The translations under genes were made by a program, and so were the position numbers. Below are positions 26,877 to 38,822 of a stretch of 64,000 bases of DNA, one piece after another; the first letter of the stretch is position 1, and each line of letters opens with the position of its first letter. The DNA is from Epiperipatus broadwayi (taxonomy: Eukaryota; Animalia; Onychophora): assembly GCA_028023455.1 (NCBI GenBank), contig JAQFVV010000011.1, positions 124,001 through 188,000 on the forward strand, read 5' to 3'. Under the pieces are notes generated by a model that worked only from the letters and a program-made list of their open reading frames with translations, did no database searches and had not been told where the DNA came from.

Positions 26877-27103
26877 GAGTTTGAACTCAGACTTTCACAC
26901 GACCCTCAACCATTCATACTATCTCATACCACTGATACCTTTGATCACACACATATCAAAAAGATAAATAATCTCCAATATACATATTTCGTGCTAAACC
27001 ATCACTCATCAGTTGGTCCAGATTATCATCTCCACGCATATATACAATCAAAGCTCAGCTTATATTAAGATAGCCAATCTTCATACTTTAATGGACAGGT
27101 TTC
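26877..27103 (-). repeat. Family C partial copy
   Basis: gagtttgaactcagactttcacac...ctttaatggacaggtttc is colinear with 21040-21265. Confidence 0.8.
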
Positions 27104-27608
27104 TAAAAATAACATAAAATCTTCTCTATAAACAGATTTTTAATAATCCACGTTTATTTTATTTTTTAAAAGTCTAACACATAAATGATTTTTTTTTTAA
27201 ATAATGAAACGATAGTCATTAATCCTAACCAATTTTTTTTTTTGCTGAAGACTTAAATAGATGACAGCTTTCTTGGGGGCCAACCTATTACTAGTATGTA
27301 ACAGCATGTTAAATAGTCTCCATGTGGAAATCAGACTTCTTGATGAAACCCTGCTTAAAGACACAAATTATAAATGTGAATGTGGTATTATAAGGGATAT
27401 CATGCCAGGACTACAGAGATGAGAGTTTTAGGTATTCAAAATCAAAAATGACTACATAGTCTTGTCAACCATAAAATTCCTACAATGCTAGATATACACT
27501 TTATAGATTAACCTTTTCTTCATTTAGGAGACACAATAAAATGTTAATTTATATTTCACTCTATAGATGATAAATAATATTTATTTTTTATAAAGCGCAG
27601 ACGATATT

Positions 27609-27847
27609 GAAATTAAATTGAGAGACTGCAAACCTCTCAAGTGCTTATGACTATCAACAGCCAATCAGATCGTAAATACTGAGACAGAGAATTTAACAAG
27701 AAAAGGGTGATTCCACACTCTTCTTTACTTGTCTTTCTATATATCCAAGCCAGTCTTCTTGTTAAATTCTGTCTCAGTATTTACGATCTGATTGGCTGTT
27801 GATAGTCATAAGCGCTTGAGAGGTTTGCAGTCTCTCAGTTTAATTTC
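27609..27847. repeat. Near-perfect long inverted repeat (~92-bp arms, ~53-bp spacer)
   Basis: 27609-27702 is the reverse complement of 27757-27847 apart from a few changes (aagtgctt/aagcgctt CpG decay, a 2-nt indel). Confidence 0.9.
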
Positions 27848-28091
27848 TATAGATAATGCTTAATTAGAATCTTAGGTAATTATGGCTAACAGGTTTTTCT
27901 GGACATAGTTGCTAAGAGATTCCTGACTCCATATAAGGAGAAGTCACAGTGCATCACATCACATCAATTATGCTATAGTATTAAAAGTTATATTATTATG
28001 GATTATCCAGTATAGAATACAATGATTTATGCAATCAATTAGAAAAATTGATACTCATTTAATAACATTCATATTTAGAAGTTATATTAGA

Positions 28092-28232
28092 CTGCGCTCA
28101 CTACCATTTTGAATTCTAAGAATCACCTGAAACTACCGCTAAACCATCTAAATGACCTCAATGTCAATTATTGCTTGAATATGTCAGTGGTGGTTTTGGG
28201 TGACCCTTAGAATTTAAAATGTAAATGAGCAC
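28092..28232. repeat. Imperfect inverted repeat (MITE-like)
   Basis: gctca..cattttgaattctaag..tcacc..aaac.acc / ggtggtttt.ggtga..cttagaatttaaaatg..tgagc. Confidence 0.5.
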
Positions 28233-29448
28233 ACTTTAAATCAGCACTGAAAAGTTAGTCAACTTTCTTCTAGTTCTTCATAATATCATTCACCTGTTTC
28301 CTGTTTTATATTATAGAAAAAAATCTTTCTTAATTAATTTTTTTATTCATCACTTATAAACTTTCTTTATATCTAGATAGTTTTTTTTTAATATTCCATT
28401 TTTTTTTATAACTCTATTTACAATTCTTTACTAGTATTGCTTTCTGATTGTTATTTAATTACTATTAGTATATTTTTAATCTTTAAATTTGTTTATTAAA
28501 ATATTTTTTGTTTATTTTATCCACCTTATCCTTTTATCTGTCTGATTGAAGATTTATATGCACATCTTCCGTTTTTGTTAACAAATTTTTGCCATTCTAA
28601 TATAGTAAGCTTACTTTTCTTTATGATTATTTTATTATCATCAGTACAAATTCTTCTAAGTGTATTATATAGAATAAAATTTATTACCCCAGCAAAATTC
28701 TCTAATCATTGAGTACAATGCGATAATATGTTAATATCCAGATCATTTTATGGATTTTTTTGACTTCAAAGTGAGAACTAGGATTTAAAGCTGAAGTGAT
28801 ATACTTAGTAGCCTAAAATTAAAAAAAACCTTAATATTATTCCCTAGTAAACTCACTTGCAAATAAGAGTAATATTAACAATATCATCTAATTTTCTTAT
28901 ATACTTATTAAAATACTTCCCAAGCAGTTCTTATGTTTGCTTTTGAAGCATATGTGGTTATTTGATATTGTTGTTGATATACTGTTATATTATTAAATTT
29001 CTCTTTATATTACAAAAGTAAATTTAAGCACTAGATAGATTTAATGCACAAACCTTTTAGTATCCATTAGGTGGCACTGTTGTATGGAGAGTTTGTAACT
29101 GTTTTCAAAGTAAATGTAGCCATAGGATTAACATTCATAGAAGTATGATAACTTTTTCATAACTGATAACAGCAATTCTATATTATAATATATATTGCAA
29201 TGTAAGTAGACATTATACATTGACCAAACAGAGCAAGAAATAAAAATATATCAGCTCAAGTAAATTTAATAATCAACTACCCTTTTCATGCTTGTTTCTT
29301 CCCTAACTGGGAAAGGATTTTGCTTAAAACTGAACTATTAAAAAGACAATCGTATTTAATTTAATCTAGTGGTGCAACACTATTCATGTTAATTATTGAA
29401 ATAGTTAAGGCTTTATTTCATTAGCGTTTGAAATCAATATATACATAT

Positions 29449-29658
29449 GTGCTTTGCGCACAGATAATGAAGCTGTTAAACGTAATTAATATTATAAAGT
29501 TACCACCAAGCGCTTTCAGGAGAGTTTATAGTCCCATATTCATGGCTACTAAACTCCAGTACCCATGAATATGGACTATAAACTGTGCTGAAAGCACTTG
29601 GTGGTAACTTTATCATATTACTTATGTTTAACAGCTTCATTATCTGTGCACAAAGCGC
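29449..29658. mobile_element. Family B palindrome: two back-to-back Penelope-type pLTR ends, each with an HHR-like motif
   Basis: Arms 29449-29548 / 29559-29658. Minus strand: gcc ATGAATA T GGGA ctataaactc TCCT GAAA GCGC TT gg. Plus strand: cc ATGAATA T GGA...GCT GAAA GCAC TT gg. Confidence 0.7.
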
Positions 29659-29929
29659 GCGCACACACACACACACATATATATATATATAGTGTTAATT
29701 ATTACTATTATTTTTACAATTTCTATATTTAAGGCTAGTGGAAATGACAACCATTATTAGTTCTGATTTTAAAATGCTAAGTTTTCAGAGCATGGTGAGA
29801 GTTTACAACAATAAGCTAATTGACTTATAAAAAATATTTTTCTTTTTGGATTTACATGCTGAGTGAATTGTAGCATGATTAATAAAAAAATAGCAATTCC
29901 CTGCATCTAATATTAATAATATACAATAA

Positions 29930-30700
29930 TAATGATATATGAAAAGTTCATACACATTAATATTTTCATCACTAAGAGTTCAAGTTCTGAATTCAGGTAC
30001 TGGTAGGCTTTTAGTGGATTCAGTCTATGCAAACATAGATATGTCTGGTGAAGCTTCTGCCATGTTAATCTTAATTACTACAGTGATCTTCATTAATGTG
30101 CAGTTATTTTCTTATTCAATGGGCAGCATCAGATGATGTTTTCCTTGTTGATTGATAGCTGGTTTCTCCCTAAAGCAATAGGCACTTGAAGTTCAGATGG
30201 CATATAGTTTGCATATAAACTGGACACAATGCTCCTTAAGATGGTTCTACATTACTTGATGGCTTCTCAGCAATTCTCAATGGACTTACAGATTGCACCC
30301 AGACAGCTTGACCAGAGTGGAGATGACAGCTTTTCTACTCTTACATATTTTAACATAAATCACACTAACAAATAAAAGCGGAATCAGCCTGTTATCATTA
30401 AAGCAGAATAATTTACAATCTTCTGATAGATCCCATTTATAATTTACTTTGTCTTATCAGCAAAATCAGTTTCCACCCTGCACCATTTCTATCTTTTATC
30501 AATTGGTGATAAATAACTTCTAAACTTTATTATAGTCTGCACCTTATTTGTTCAATTACAGCAGCTTTAAAAGGAATTATACCAAAATAACATACAATGT
30601 TTTTGTTTAAATTACATCAGATATTTATCTCCCTAATTAGTTGATCTATTTATAAGAATTTAATTAATTTTATACAATAATGACATTTCCACTTTAATTA
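29930..30700 (-). repeat. Decayed dispersed repeat, homologous to 4560-5330
   Basis: See 4560-5330. Confidence 0.55.
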
Positions 30701-31944
30701 ATTTTATAAAATAGTGTCATTTCCACCCAACTATTTATAAAATACCTTTACAAATAAATGTTAATAAAAGAAATATTCTGCTTTAAATTATCTTTAAAAT
30801 AAACTTAAAATCAACAATATATTTATCTGTGCACATACTTATATATATAATTTCTACTTATTAAATATTATTAAAAACTTTTAATTTAAAAATTCCTTCA
30901 AATTTTTCAACTTATATACATGAAGCGCATATATAGCTTCAATATATAGCAACTAGACGTGTAAAGTCGATTTAAAGTACAATATAGTTTTACAGTTTTA
31001 TTTACTATGCCAATACTAAAAAATTAAAAATAATAGAGAAAAAAAAATTATCTTAAATTTATTACTATATAATTTTATTTTTTCAGTCTTTTAAAACTTG
31101 GTTTATTACTTAATCACATTAATATAAAATAAAATAAAAACATATTTTTTTTTCTGATCTGATTCATTGTGCCTTAAAGAAATTAGTGAATATTTATTAA
31201 TAATTTTTATTAATCAGTCATTAGATTAGAGATTATCCAAATTACACTACAAAATATTATTAAGTGGACAATTTTTAGTCTAAAAAATCACTAATAAAAA
31301 TTATTAATATACTTCCATCAAGTGATTTGTGTCAAAGTTGTGAGGGCAGTAAGTTTGGCACCTATCAGTTAAGCTGTAGTAATTGGATATCTATATATAC
31401 TGAACAGTAATAAAGATGTGTAAAAGATTGTGATACAAGACAACTAATGAGTGCTGATTCAGCACATAATATGCACCTTGGGAATCATACATCTTTGGTT
31501 ATATGTTTATACCTCTCCACAAAGTGTTAAAAATGGATAGAAACCAATTCCTATCTTGCATGAGAGTAGTGTAGTATTCACTACACTATAGATATATTAT
31601 TCATTTAATGAATACTTGTGTTTAATTTATTAAAAAATCAATACAGAGCAAAAGTGCACCAGTAATTTAATAAATTAGAATTTAAATTATTAGGAACTAT
31701 TCGATTAATTGAATGAAATTTATAACTAATATATTTAGAAATTGTATGAATAAAGAGTTAAAATAGAAAAATATACTCAAGTATTTATTTCTATGCTGTT
31801 ATTATAATTCCAATAACTTTTGGAAATTTAAAGATGCACTATGACTGATAGACGAATATTGGATTTTGGAAATAAGGTATTTTTCAAACTGGTTTAGAAA
31901 TTATATTAATAATTTTTATTAGTCATTCATTAGATTAGAGACTA

Positions 31945-32205
31945 TCCAATAATGAATAATATTTCTCTCATGTAATTTTATTACACCACTTTCGTAAAAG
32001 ATTTTCTATCCACTTTTAACATCTTGTGGATGTATTCATAAACATATGAACCAAAGACATAAAGATCTTTTTCACGTCTTTGGTCATATGTTTATGATTG
32101 CACCCTTCCACAAGGTGTTAAAAGTAGATATAAACCAGTCTCTTCTACCTTGCTTGAGAATGCTGTAATGAAAATTATATTACAGAAATATTCATTACTG
32201 GTTTA
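31945..32205. repeat. Imperfect inverted repeat with a further partial copy at 31475-31585
   Basis: tatccacttttaacatcttgtgga..cataaacatatga.ccaaagac / gtctttggtcatatgtttatga..tccacaaggtgttaaaagtagata. Confidence 0.7.
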
Positions 32206-33010
32206 GAAATCTTTTGCACAATTATTTTGCTATTTAATTTTGTCAAAAAATTCATATTTTCAAAGAAGTTCAAATATTTAAATTAATTGCAACAGAATTA
32301 TATGGGTAAATAAATAGAAAAACACTTATTGACACAAGTGATCAATGCTTACATAATAAAATCTTAATATAAGCTTAAGTATTAATCTATTAAATATATA
32401 TTGACATTTATTTATAATAGCTATATTTAAAAACAATATATATAAAATGGAAGATAACTGGCCCTTGTGTTAGTGATCTGAACTATTGTTTGTAGTTACG
32501 TCTATTACAAGTAGAAAAATTTCAATTTTTTTTTTTTAGTATTAATTTTTTTTATACCTTTAATATCAAGAAGAAAAAAGACCAGAAGAGTAAATTCATA
32601 AGTCAGTCATCTTCCATTTTATATGTACTGCCTTCAAAAATTGCTATAAATTTTAACAATAATGTCAATACATATTTAATCATTTAATGCTTAAACTTTC
32701 ACACTTTTTATTATGTAAACACCAATCAATTATCTCAATCTATTCTTTTCTATAGTTCTGTGTGGTTTCGTGAAGTAGTACAGAGATGGATCTCTGGATT
32801 CAGGGTACATAGATCATGGTCCAGCTTCGCAATTTCTGATGCTAGGTTATTAGATATGTGGATGATGAGTTCATTGTTGAATCATCAGGTTTAATTAGAA
32901 TATTTAGTGATTTCTTTTCAAAATTCTTATTACTTATAAATCGAATGCATTTAGAATATTTTTATTTATGAATAAAATATGCAAGTATTAAAGCAGTCAT
33001 TAATCTAAAC

Positions 33011-33436
33011 CAGGGGTGGGCAAATAGCGGCATGCCAAGACAATCAGAAAAATTCACCTTGAACTGACATTTCCTTCCTGTATGCAAACAAAGATTCATC
33101 TCTATTTTCCACTAGGATGACTATGTCAATGTACATGCACAGTGTAGATATGATGTGCAGTGCTTTTCCAGTTGATCTGGTTAATTTCAATTTTGTCTTT
33201 GCATTTATTGAAACCATGAACCCTCCGAAAAAATGTAAAATCGGTGATGAATGTCGTGTATTTAATGAAGAATGGACAAATATTTCTTTGGTAATACAAG
33301 GAATAAAGCAGTGTGTTTATTGTGTTGTGAAAAAAAGGTGTGGCCCTCTGCTAACCTTTACTTCCACAAAGTGGCCCCCAATGCAGCCCTCTGCAAAACT
33401 CTGTGGTCCCTGAGCCAAAACAAATGCTCACCCCTG
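33011..33436 (+). mobile_element. hAT (Charlie/Buster-type) internally deleted DNA transposon
   Basis: TIRs CAGGGGTGGGCA / TGCTCACCCCTG. Perfect 8-bp TSD ATCTAAAC at 33003-33010 and 33437-33444. Transposase N-terminal relic MNPPKKCKIGDECRVFNEEWT. Confidence 0.9.
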
Positions 33437-33639
33437 ATCTAAACTTTAAAATATATACTAATGAATTTGGTAATATTAAAATATAACTATAATTTAATAT
33501 ACTTGGAAATTGGATATAATTGTATATGATTTGAATACTAACATTCAAGCATCCTTCAGCTATCAACTCTACTTCATACAACCGATACACATGAGCCACA
33601 CAAGTATATTAAATTATAGGTGTATTCTAATATTACAGA

Positions 33640-34010
33640 TTTAGCCTGTATCCTGCCCATTCTCTTCTGTGTTATTTAAATGGACAAAGTCCTGTAGTCA
33701 GAGTGACTTAAGGTCAACATGAACATCACAGTAATATTGGCATCAAGTAAAGAATTTGGGCATTCCATCAGATTTTCAATGGTATGAATGGCTGAAGAGT
33801 TTAAGGGTGGAGTAGATTGAAGCCTGTCTGTTAAAGTTTGAAGATTTATCTTAATACAAATCGAGCACTGATTATTATATGTGGGAGATAAAGATCTGGA
33901 CCAACCAACGAGTGCTGGTTCAGCATAAAATACATATATTGCAGATCATTTTTACATGTGCATGGTCATATGTGTGTTGTGAGATGAAAATCAGTGTTTA
34001 AATCCTTATA
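33640..34010 (+). repeat. Family C copy (opposite orientation to 21022-21522)
   Basis: Reverse complement matches 21045-21450 (gagtgctggttcag, gagcactgatt, ctgaagag, ttggcatcaa). Confidence 0.8.
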
Positions 34011-36441
34011 ATTATAAAATGTTGGATACAAAAGAAATATGAAGAGAAGCCTTTTTTATATGAGGGTATATGGAATAATTTCATCAAGTGTTTCTTCATA
34101 TTTAAACTTAGCATTTAAAATAGCACAAAATACTGTTGACATAATCATAGCTGTAATATTATTTATAAAATAGTGTGTGTGGCAATCTTAAGCAGGGAAT
34201 CTAAATGTGCATTAAAAAGTGATTCTGTTGGCATCAGAGAAAGAGCAGTCTGTTTTTACAGAACTTATTGTTATTTACAAATGAAGTGTTTGTTATGATC
34301 ATTTATAAAATGAAAATATTATTAAATGGGAAACTTTTATATGAAGTGGCTGAAATTCAAATAACATTTTAAAAATATCACAAGTAGCACAGACTATTAA
34401 GAAGATGTATCTGATATGAACAACATGATATTTAAAAAGTGTTTTAAATAAGAAAAAAATATTTCCTTAGAAGATTCAAGAGTGGTATAAGCAGAAAAGA
34501 TCAGTGCAAGAATTGTAAATACACTCAAACCTGAAGATCCCCCTCCCCCCAAGGCCAAACATTTGCTGCAGTTATATTTGGACACTAATAATCTTGTAGT
34601 TGAATACATTCCATCTAACAGAGCATCCAAAGTAGATCTTAGGACTTAATAATCTCATTGGGGGGATTATTTCATGTATGAGCAGTCCCTGTCATATTGA
34701 AGTCATCTTTATATAATAATTAAAACAAGTCAAGTTAAGTATATTTTCCATGTGCAAATTTAAAAAAATATATGATTTTTATAATACGTCAGATGATTTA
34801 ATGAATAAACAGTTTATCTACATAAATATAAGTGGATCATCCATATTTAAATATTAATATTTTAAAAGTATAAAAGTTCATATGAATTTAAAATGCTATT
34901 GGAATTGATATACAAACTTCAGGCTAGTTGTAATTAACATTTAACTATAAATTTTTTACTTTAATATATATATATCATTATCATTGCAATAAATTATTGA
35001 TCTACGACAGGATGGTCTCTCCAAGTTCAATCCATCTCCAATATCTAGCCTCTTCTCCACACACCCATATATATATATGTTTTGTGTGTGTAATAACATC
35101 ATATTTGTATATAGCTATCCTATAGCACACTGAGCAACTAGAAGTAAAACCTACTATCCTACAGTTGGTAAGCCTGGTAAATGGCCTTCAACTTCACTGT
35201 TCTTATTGAAAAGCCATTGCTTTATGTGATGATTTGACCCAACAGATCTGTTGTGCATAGTTTGAACAAAACAGATTGAAAACATTAACAAATGAGGAAC
35301 AATACAGCCAACAAGATAAACTGGCAATCCCCAACAAAAAGATTTATAATCTAATTTTACATGAAAATCTGTTTACAATCTCCCAAATATTCATTGTTAT
35401 CTACCCAGGTGAGTAACAAACATATATTTGTTTAAACCATGAAATAATACATTAAGTAATGTATAGCATAAGATTATGTTTTGGTGAGTACCCAGCATAC
35501 CATTAAGTTGGGCTTTTGCTACAAGCTTTTATACATGATTAACTTTGATAGTGGAAAATCTTACATTACCTTTGCAAACTAATGAACCTGAACTGTTAAA
35601 TATATAACCCTTATTATTAACAATAAAATATAATTAAATGTGATTGCAGTTTATTTTTATCACCAGGCACAGTAGAATTGACCCAGCTGCACTTTTACGA
35701 ATAAAAAATTATCATACTCAGCCGGATTTCACCCATGATCAAAAAAAAATCTGCATAAAGAAAATTTTATTTTTGCTGATGATGGACAAAAGTGAAATAA
35801 ATTTAATTGGATGAATTTGTTCCAAGTTTTCTGGAAAGTTGGTTAATTGCAGTGTTTATTAAGTTTAATATTTGAATAGGATATTGATCTACTTGCTACC
35901 CACTACAAATGTTGCAATGATACACTTTCAATATGTAAAATTAAGAATTTGATGAAAAATAGTCATTACACTGCCAGGTTTAGTAAATTAACATAGACCC
36001 TATATTTTAAAGGTTTCCTAGATTCATCTTCAGTGTGACAGCTGACAGTTTATGAACCAAGTTGACGATGACCTTAGTATCAAATACTGGTTAATGTTGC
36101 AATACTGGGTTGCATTTTTTTAATATTTAGTTTAATATATTTCTTTTTATTATAATCAATAAAATTATTATTTATTTATTTATAAAAAGACAAACCTGTA
36201 TTAAGAGGCAGACCAAAAATAATATCTGTAGGCCCTAAATCTGCTAGTTATAGGTATAAAAAAAAAATCCACAAAAGCAATACTCATAAATAGAATTGAT
36301 TTAACAAATATTGCAATTATATTGGGTATATAGAAGCAATTTACTTGAAAAAAAAAAAGGCAGTAATATAGTCAAAACAAATGACTAAGCCAGGCTCCAA
36401 AACGTATGAAGAACTTAATGTAATAATAAATTTGTTTTACC

Positions 36442-36939
36442 AGTTCTTCATAATTAATACAATACATGCTTCAATGTATAAAGGTGAAATTACTAAATTC
36501 TAAATCTTAATATTGGCTAAGCACTTTCAGAACCTGTTTACTCCATATTCATAGCCTTAATAAGTATTAAACCCATTGTAGGAAATTCTATATTTGTTGA
36601 TCATCAAGACAGTTTATCATGTATTTGACTCCTCCAGAGCTGAGATAATGTGTATTGAGAGATACAATGCCAAAAGGAAAATCAAGAAGGCTTAGTTCAT
36701 TGCTAGTGGCATAAATGCTATAAATAGAAATGACACGTTTCGCAATTTCAAAAAAATGGATGGTCTGAGTTGTTTTGCATAAATTTGCATACAATAAGTT
36801 TAATACATATTTTTAATACATATTAAGGCTATGAATATGGAGTAAACAGGCTCTGAAAGCACTTAGCCAATATTAAGATTTAGAATTTAGTAATTTCACC
36901 TTTATACATTGAAGCATATTGCATTAATTATGAAGAACT
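36442..36939 (+). mobile_element. 5'-truncated Penelope-like element: inverted pLTR, GIY-YIG C-terminal relic, pLTR
   Basis: ~129-bp arms 36442-36571 / 36812-36939. The spacer frame from 36618 reads HVFDSSRAEIMCIERYNAKRKIKKA*FIASGINAINRND, matching the PLE endonuclease tail pattern H.FD...A.I...E....KR.I.EA..I.....N.IN. Confidence 0.75.
36821..36872 (+). ncRNA. Candidate minimal hammerhead ribozyme with A3-U8 core (mirror copy 36511-36562, minus)
   Basis: Stem I GGCT/AGCC (plus TATT/AATA), core ATGAATA, extra T, stem II GGAG/CTCT, GAAA, stem III GCAC (GTGC in the mirror, GCGC ancestral), predicted cut after CTT at 36864. Confidence 0.6.
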
Positions 36940-37647
36940 TAATCTAAATTACATAAATTTGTAAGAAGCTCAACAATTGATAAGAAAGCTAGAGATTATA
37001 ATAGATAGATAGATAGATGAAGTCTTAAAGAGGATCCCAAAAAATTATAAAAGACATAAAAAAGTTCATACATGACATGAATGGATGAAACAAGAAAGTG
37101 TATATACCACCAAATGTTTTTTTTTTTTTTTAAAAAAAAATCATTAACCCGTAATATGGGATGGGATCTGAAGTTAAAAATGGTTGACAACATTTATTTT
37201 TCTTATTTACAGAAATAAAAAAAATTATAAGTTGAAAAATTATATTTGGGGATACTTAGAAGTGCTCCATTTATTACTACCATTGATGTAAAAAAAAAAA
37301 AAAAGGCAAATTTATGTTCATGCCTCTCCCTCCTGACTCAGATCAAGGATATGCAGGTAACAGTCTCAAGAAAAATGAATGATTGAATGTAGATTATTGT
37401 TGTGCTAGTAGTTTATATGTGAAAATAAATTTAAATGCATCCTTTCAAACGTTATTGTGGTCCAGAGTTTTAATAACATTATTTAGATACTTACGTATAG
37501 AAGGAACTGATATCGGTTTTTCTAATCAAACAAAAATGTTTATAATTTAGACCAAAAATTCTGCAGAAAAGGACATTTCTAAAACAATTATAGAGAATTA
37601 AAAATTTATTTAAACGCACATTCATTACGTAAATAATATTTATTAAG

Positions 37648-37789
37648 GCTGTAGCCTCAATCACATGCGTATAAAATGCGATAGTAGGGACCTCTACAGG
37701 TCTTAAAACCACAAGCTTACTCTTGTGGTTTTAAGACCTGTAGAGGTCCCTACTATCGCATTTTATACGCATGTGATTGAGGCTACAGC
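37648..37789. repeat. Perfect palindrome, 68-bp arms with 6-nt loop
   Basis: 37648-37715 is the exact reverse complement of 37722-37789 and extends imperfectly about 15 bp each side. Confidence 0.97.
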
Positions 37790-38609
37790 TTTAATGAATA
37801 TTATATAGAGAATTAATTAAATTATTTACTGAAATAAAAACTAGAGAATAAAATGTTAAGATATTTTTTTTAATTCTGTAAACCTTGTATTATATTTTAA
37901 TGTAGTTTTTGTTCAATTTCTGTCTTTTTTTTTTTTAGTTTTATAATTTTTTTCTTCTAATATACTGATTCACCCTGATTTTCTTTCAATATATATACTT
38001 TCCTTAATACATAAATTACTTTATTCAGTAGACTGTAATAAATAAGTAAAACAATCTTTAGTCTCTCCAACGTTTCCAGACGAGCAGTGGAAGGCAGTAC
38101 CATCAAATTTGTAAAATGCTGAGAATTTGAATAGTTATCTATCCTTGCTTTATCCTTCTAAAGCTAATTAAATATATATTTACTAACCAATGTTGAATGG
38201 TTAGCTATGACCATCTATTTGAGAGAAATATTCTAAGTCTCTTGAAGTTTTTCAATAATTTTAAGAGACATAGATTTTAAGGTTTGACTCCAGTGCCAAA
38301 ACGAGCGATCTGATCCTGTTAGAAATTAACGTTTCTTTATTGTTTCACTAGAATGGCAGTGGACTATTTTAAAGCTATTTTTATATTGCACTGAAGAAAT
38401 GTAATACTGTACTCAAGTAAGTACATTACTAGCTACTTACATATTAGTCTGGTGGGGAACTTTTAGTCTTCATTAAAATCATTATCTATGATTGATAAAT
38501 ATTTGATAGTATGTTTTATTTGATTAATTAACTTTCAAAGATAAGTTTTTGAAGATTTCTATAGTATTTTTATAACTACTTTACATTCTTTATCAACTTT
38601 TACTTACTC

Positions 38610-38822
38610 CTGACCTACTTATGCTTTAAAGATAGTCATCTTTTGCCACGTAAATAAATTAACATTAATACAGAAAGTGGATTTGTTATTTACAACTTTG
38701 TAAAAAAAGTTTCTTTAAATCTTTGAAAATTAAATTTACTTAATTAATTAAATAAAACGTACTATCAAATATTTAGCAATTAATTATAAATAATCATTAG
38801 TAATGAGGACTAAAAATTTCAC
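38610..38822. repeat. Dispersed repeat; empty-site paralog of 22453-22790
   Basis: Same sequence as around 22453-22790 but lacking the SINE and with a single copy of the target region. Confidence 0.85.

Noticed and set aside
30915-30960. Helitron-like 3' end (hairpin plus CTAG), similar to 6430-6460
   Set aside because: The second copy lacks CTRR, no T follows, and no 5' TC end could be defined.
32755-32888. Possible plus-strand exon (acceptor at 32754, 45 open codons)
   Set aside because: No recognisable homology, a weak donor and no partner exons.
33117-33413. 98-aa ORF as a host gene
   Set aside because: It lies wholly inside the hAT deletion derivative and only its middle resembles a transposase start.
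35776-35800. CTGATGA...GAAA motif
   Set aside because: No credible stem II, stem I or stem III, so a chance match.
38060-38110. Minus-strand TTGATGG...GAAACGTT hammerhead-like relic
   Set aside because: The core has two mismatches and stems I and II do not form.
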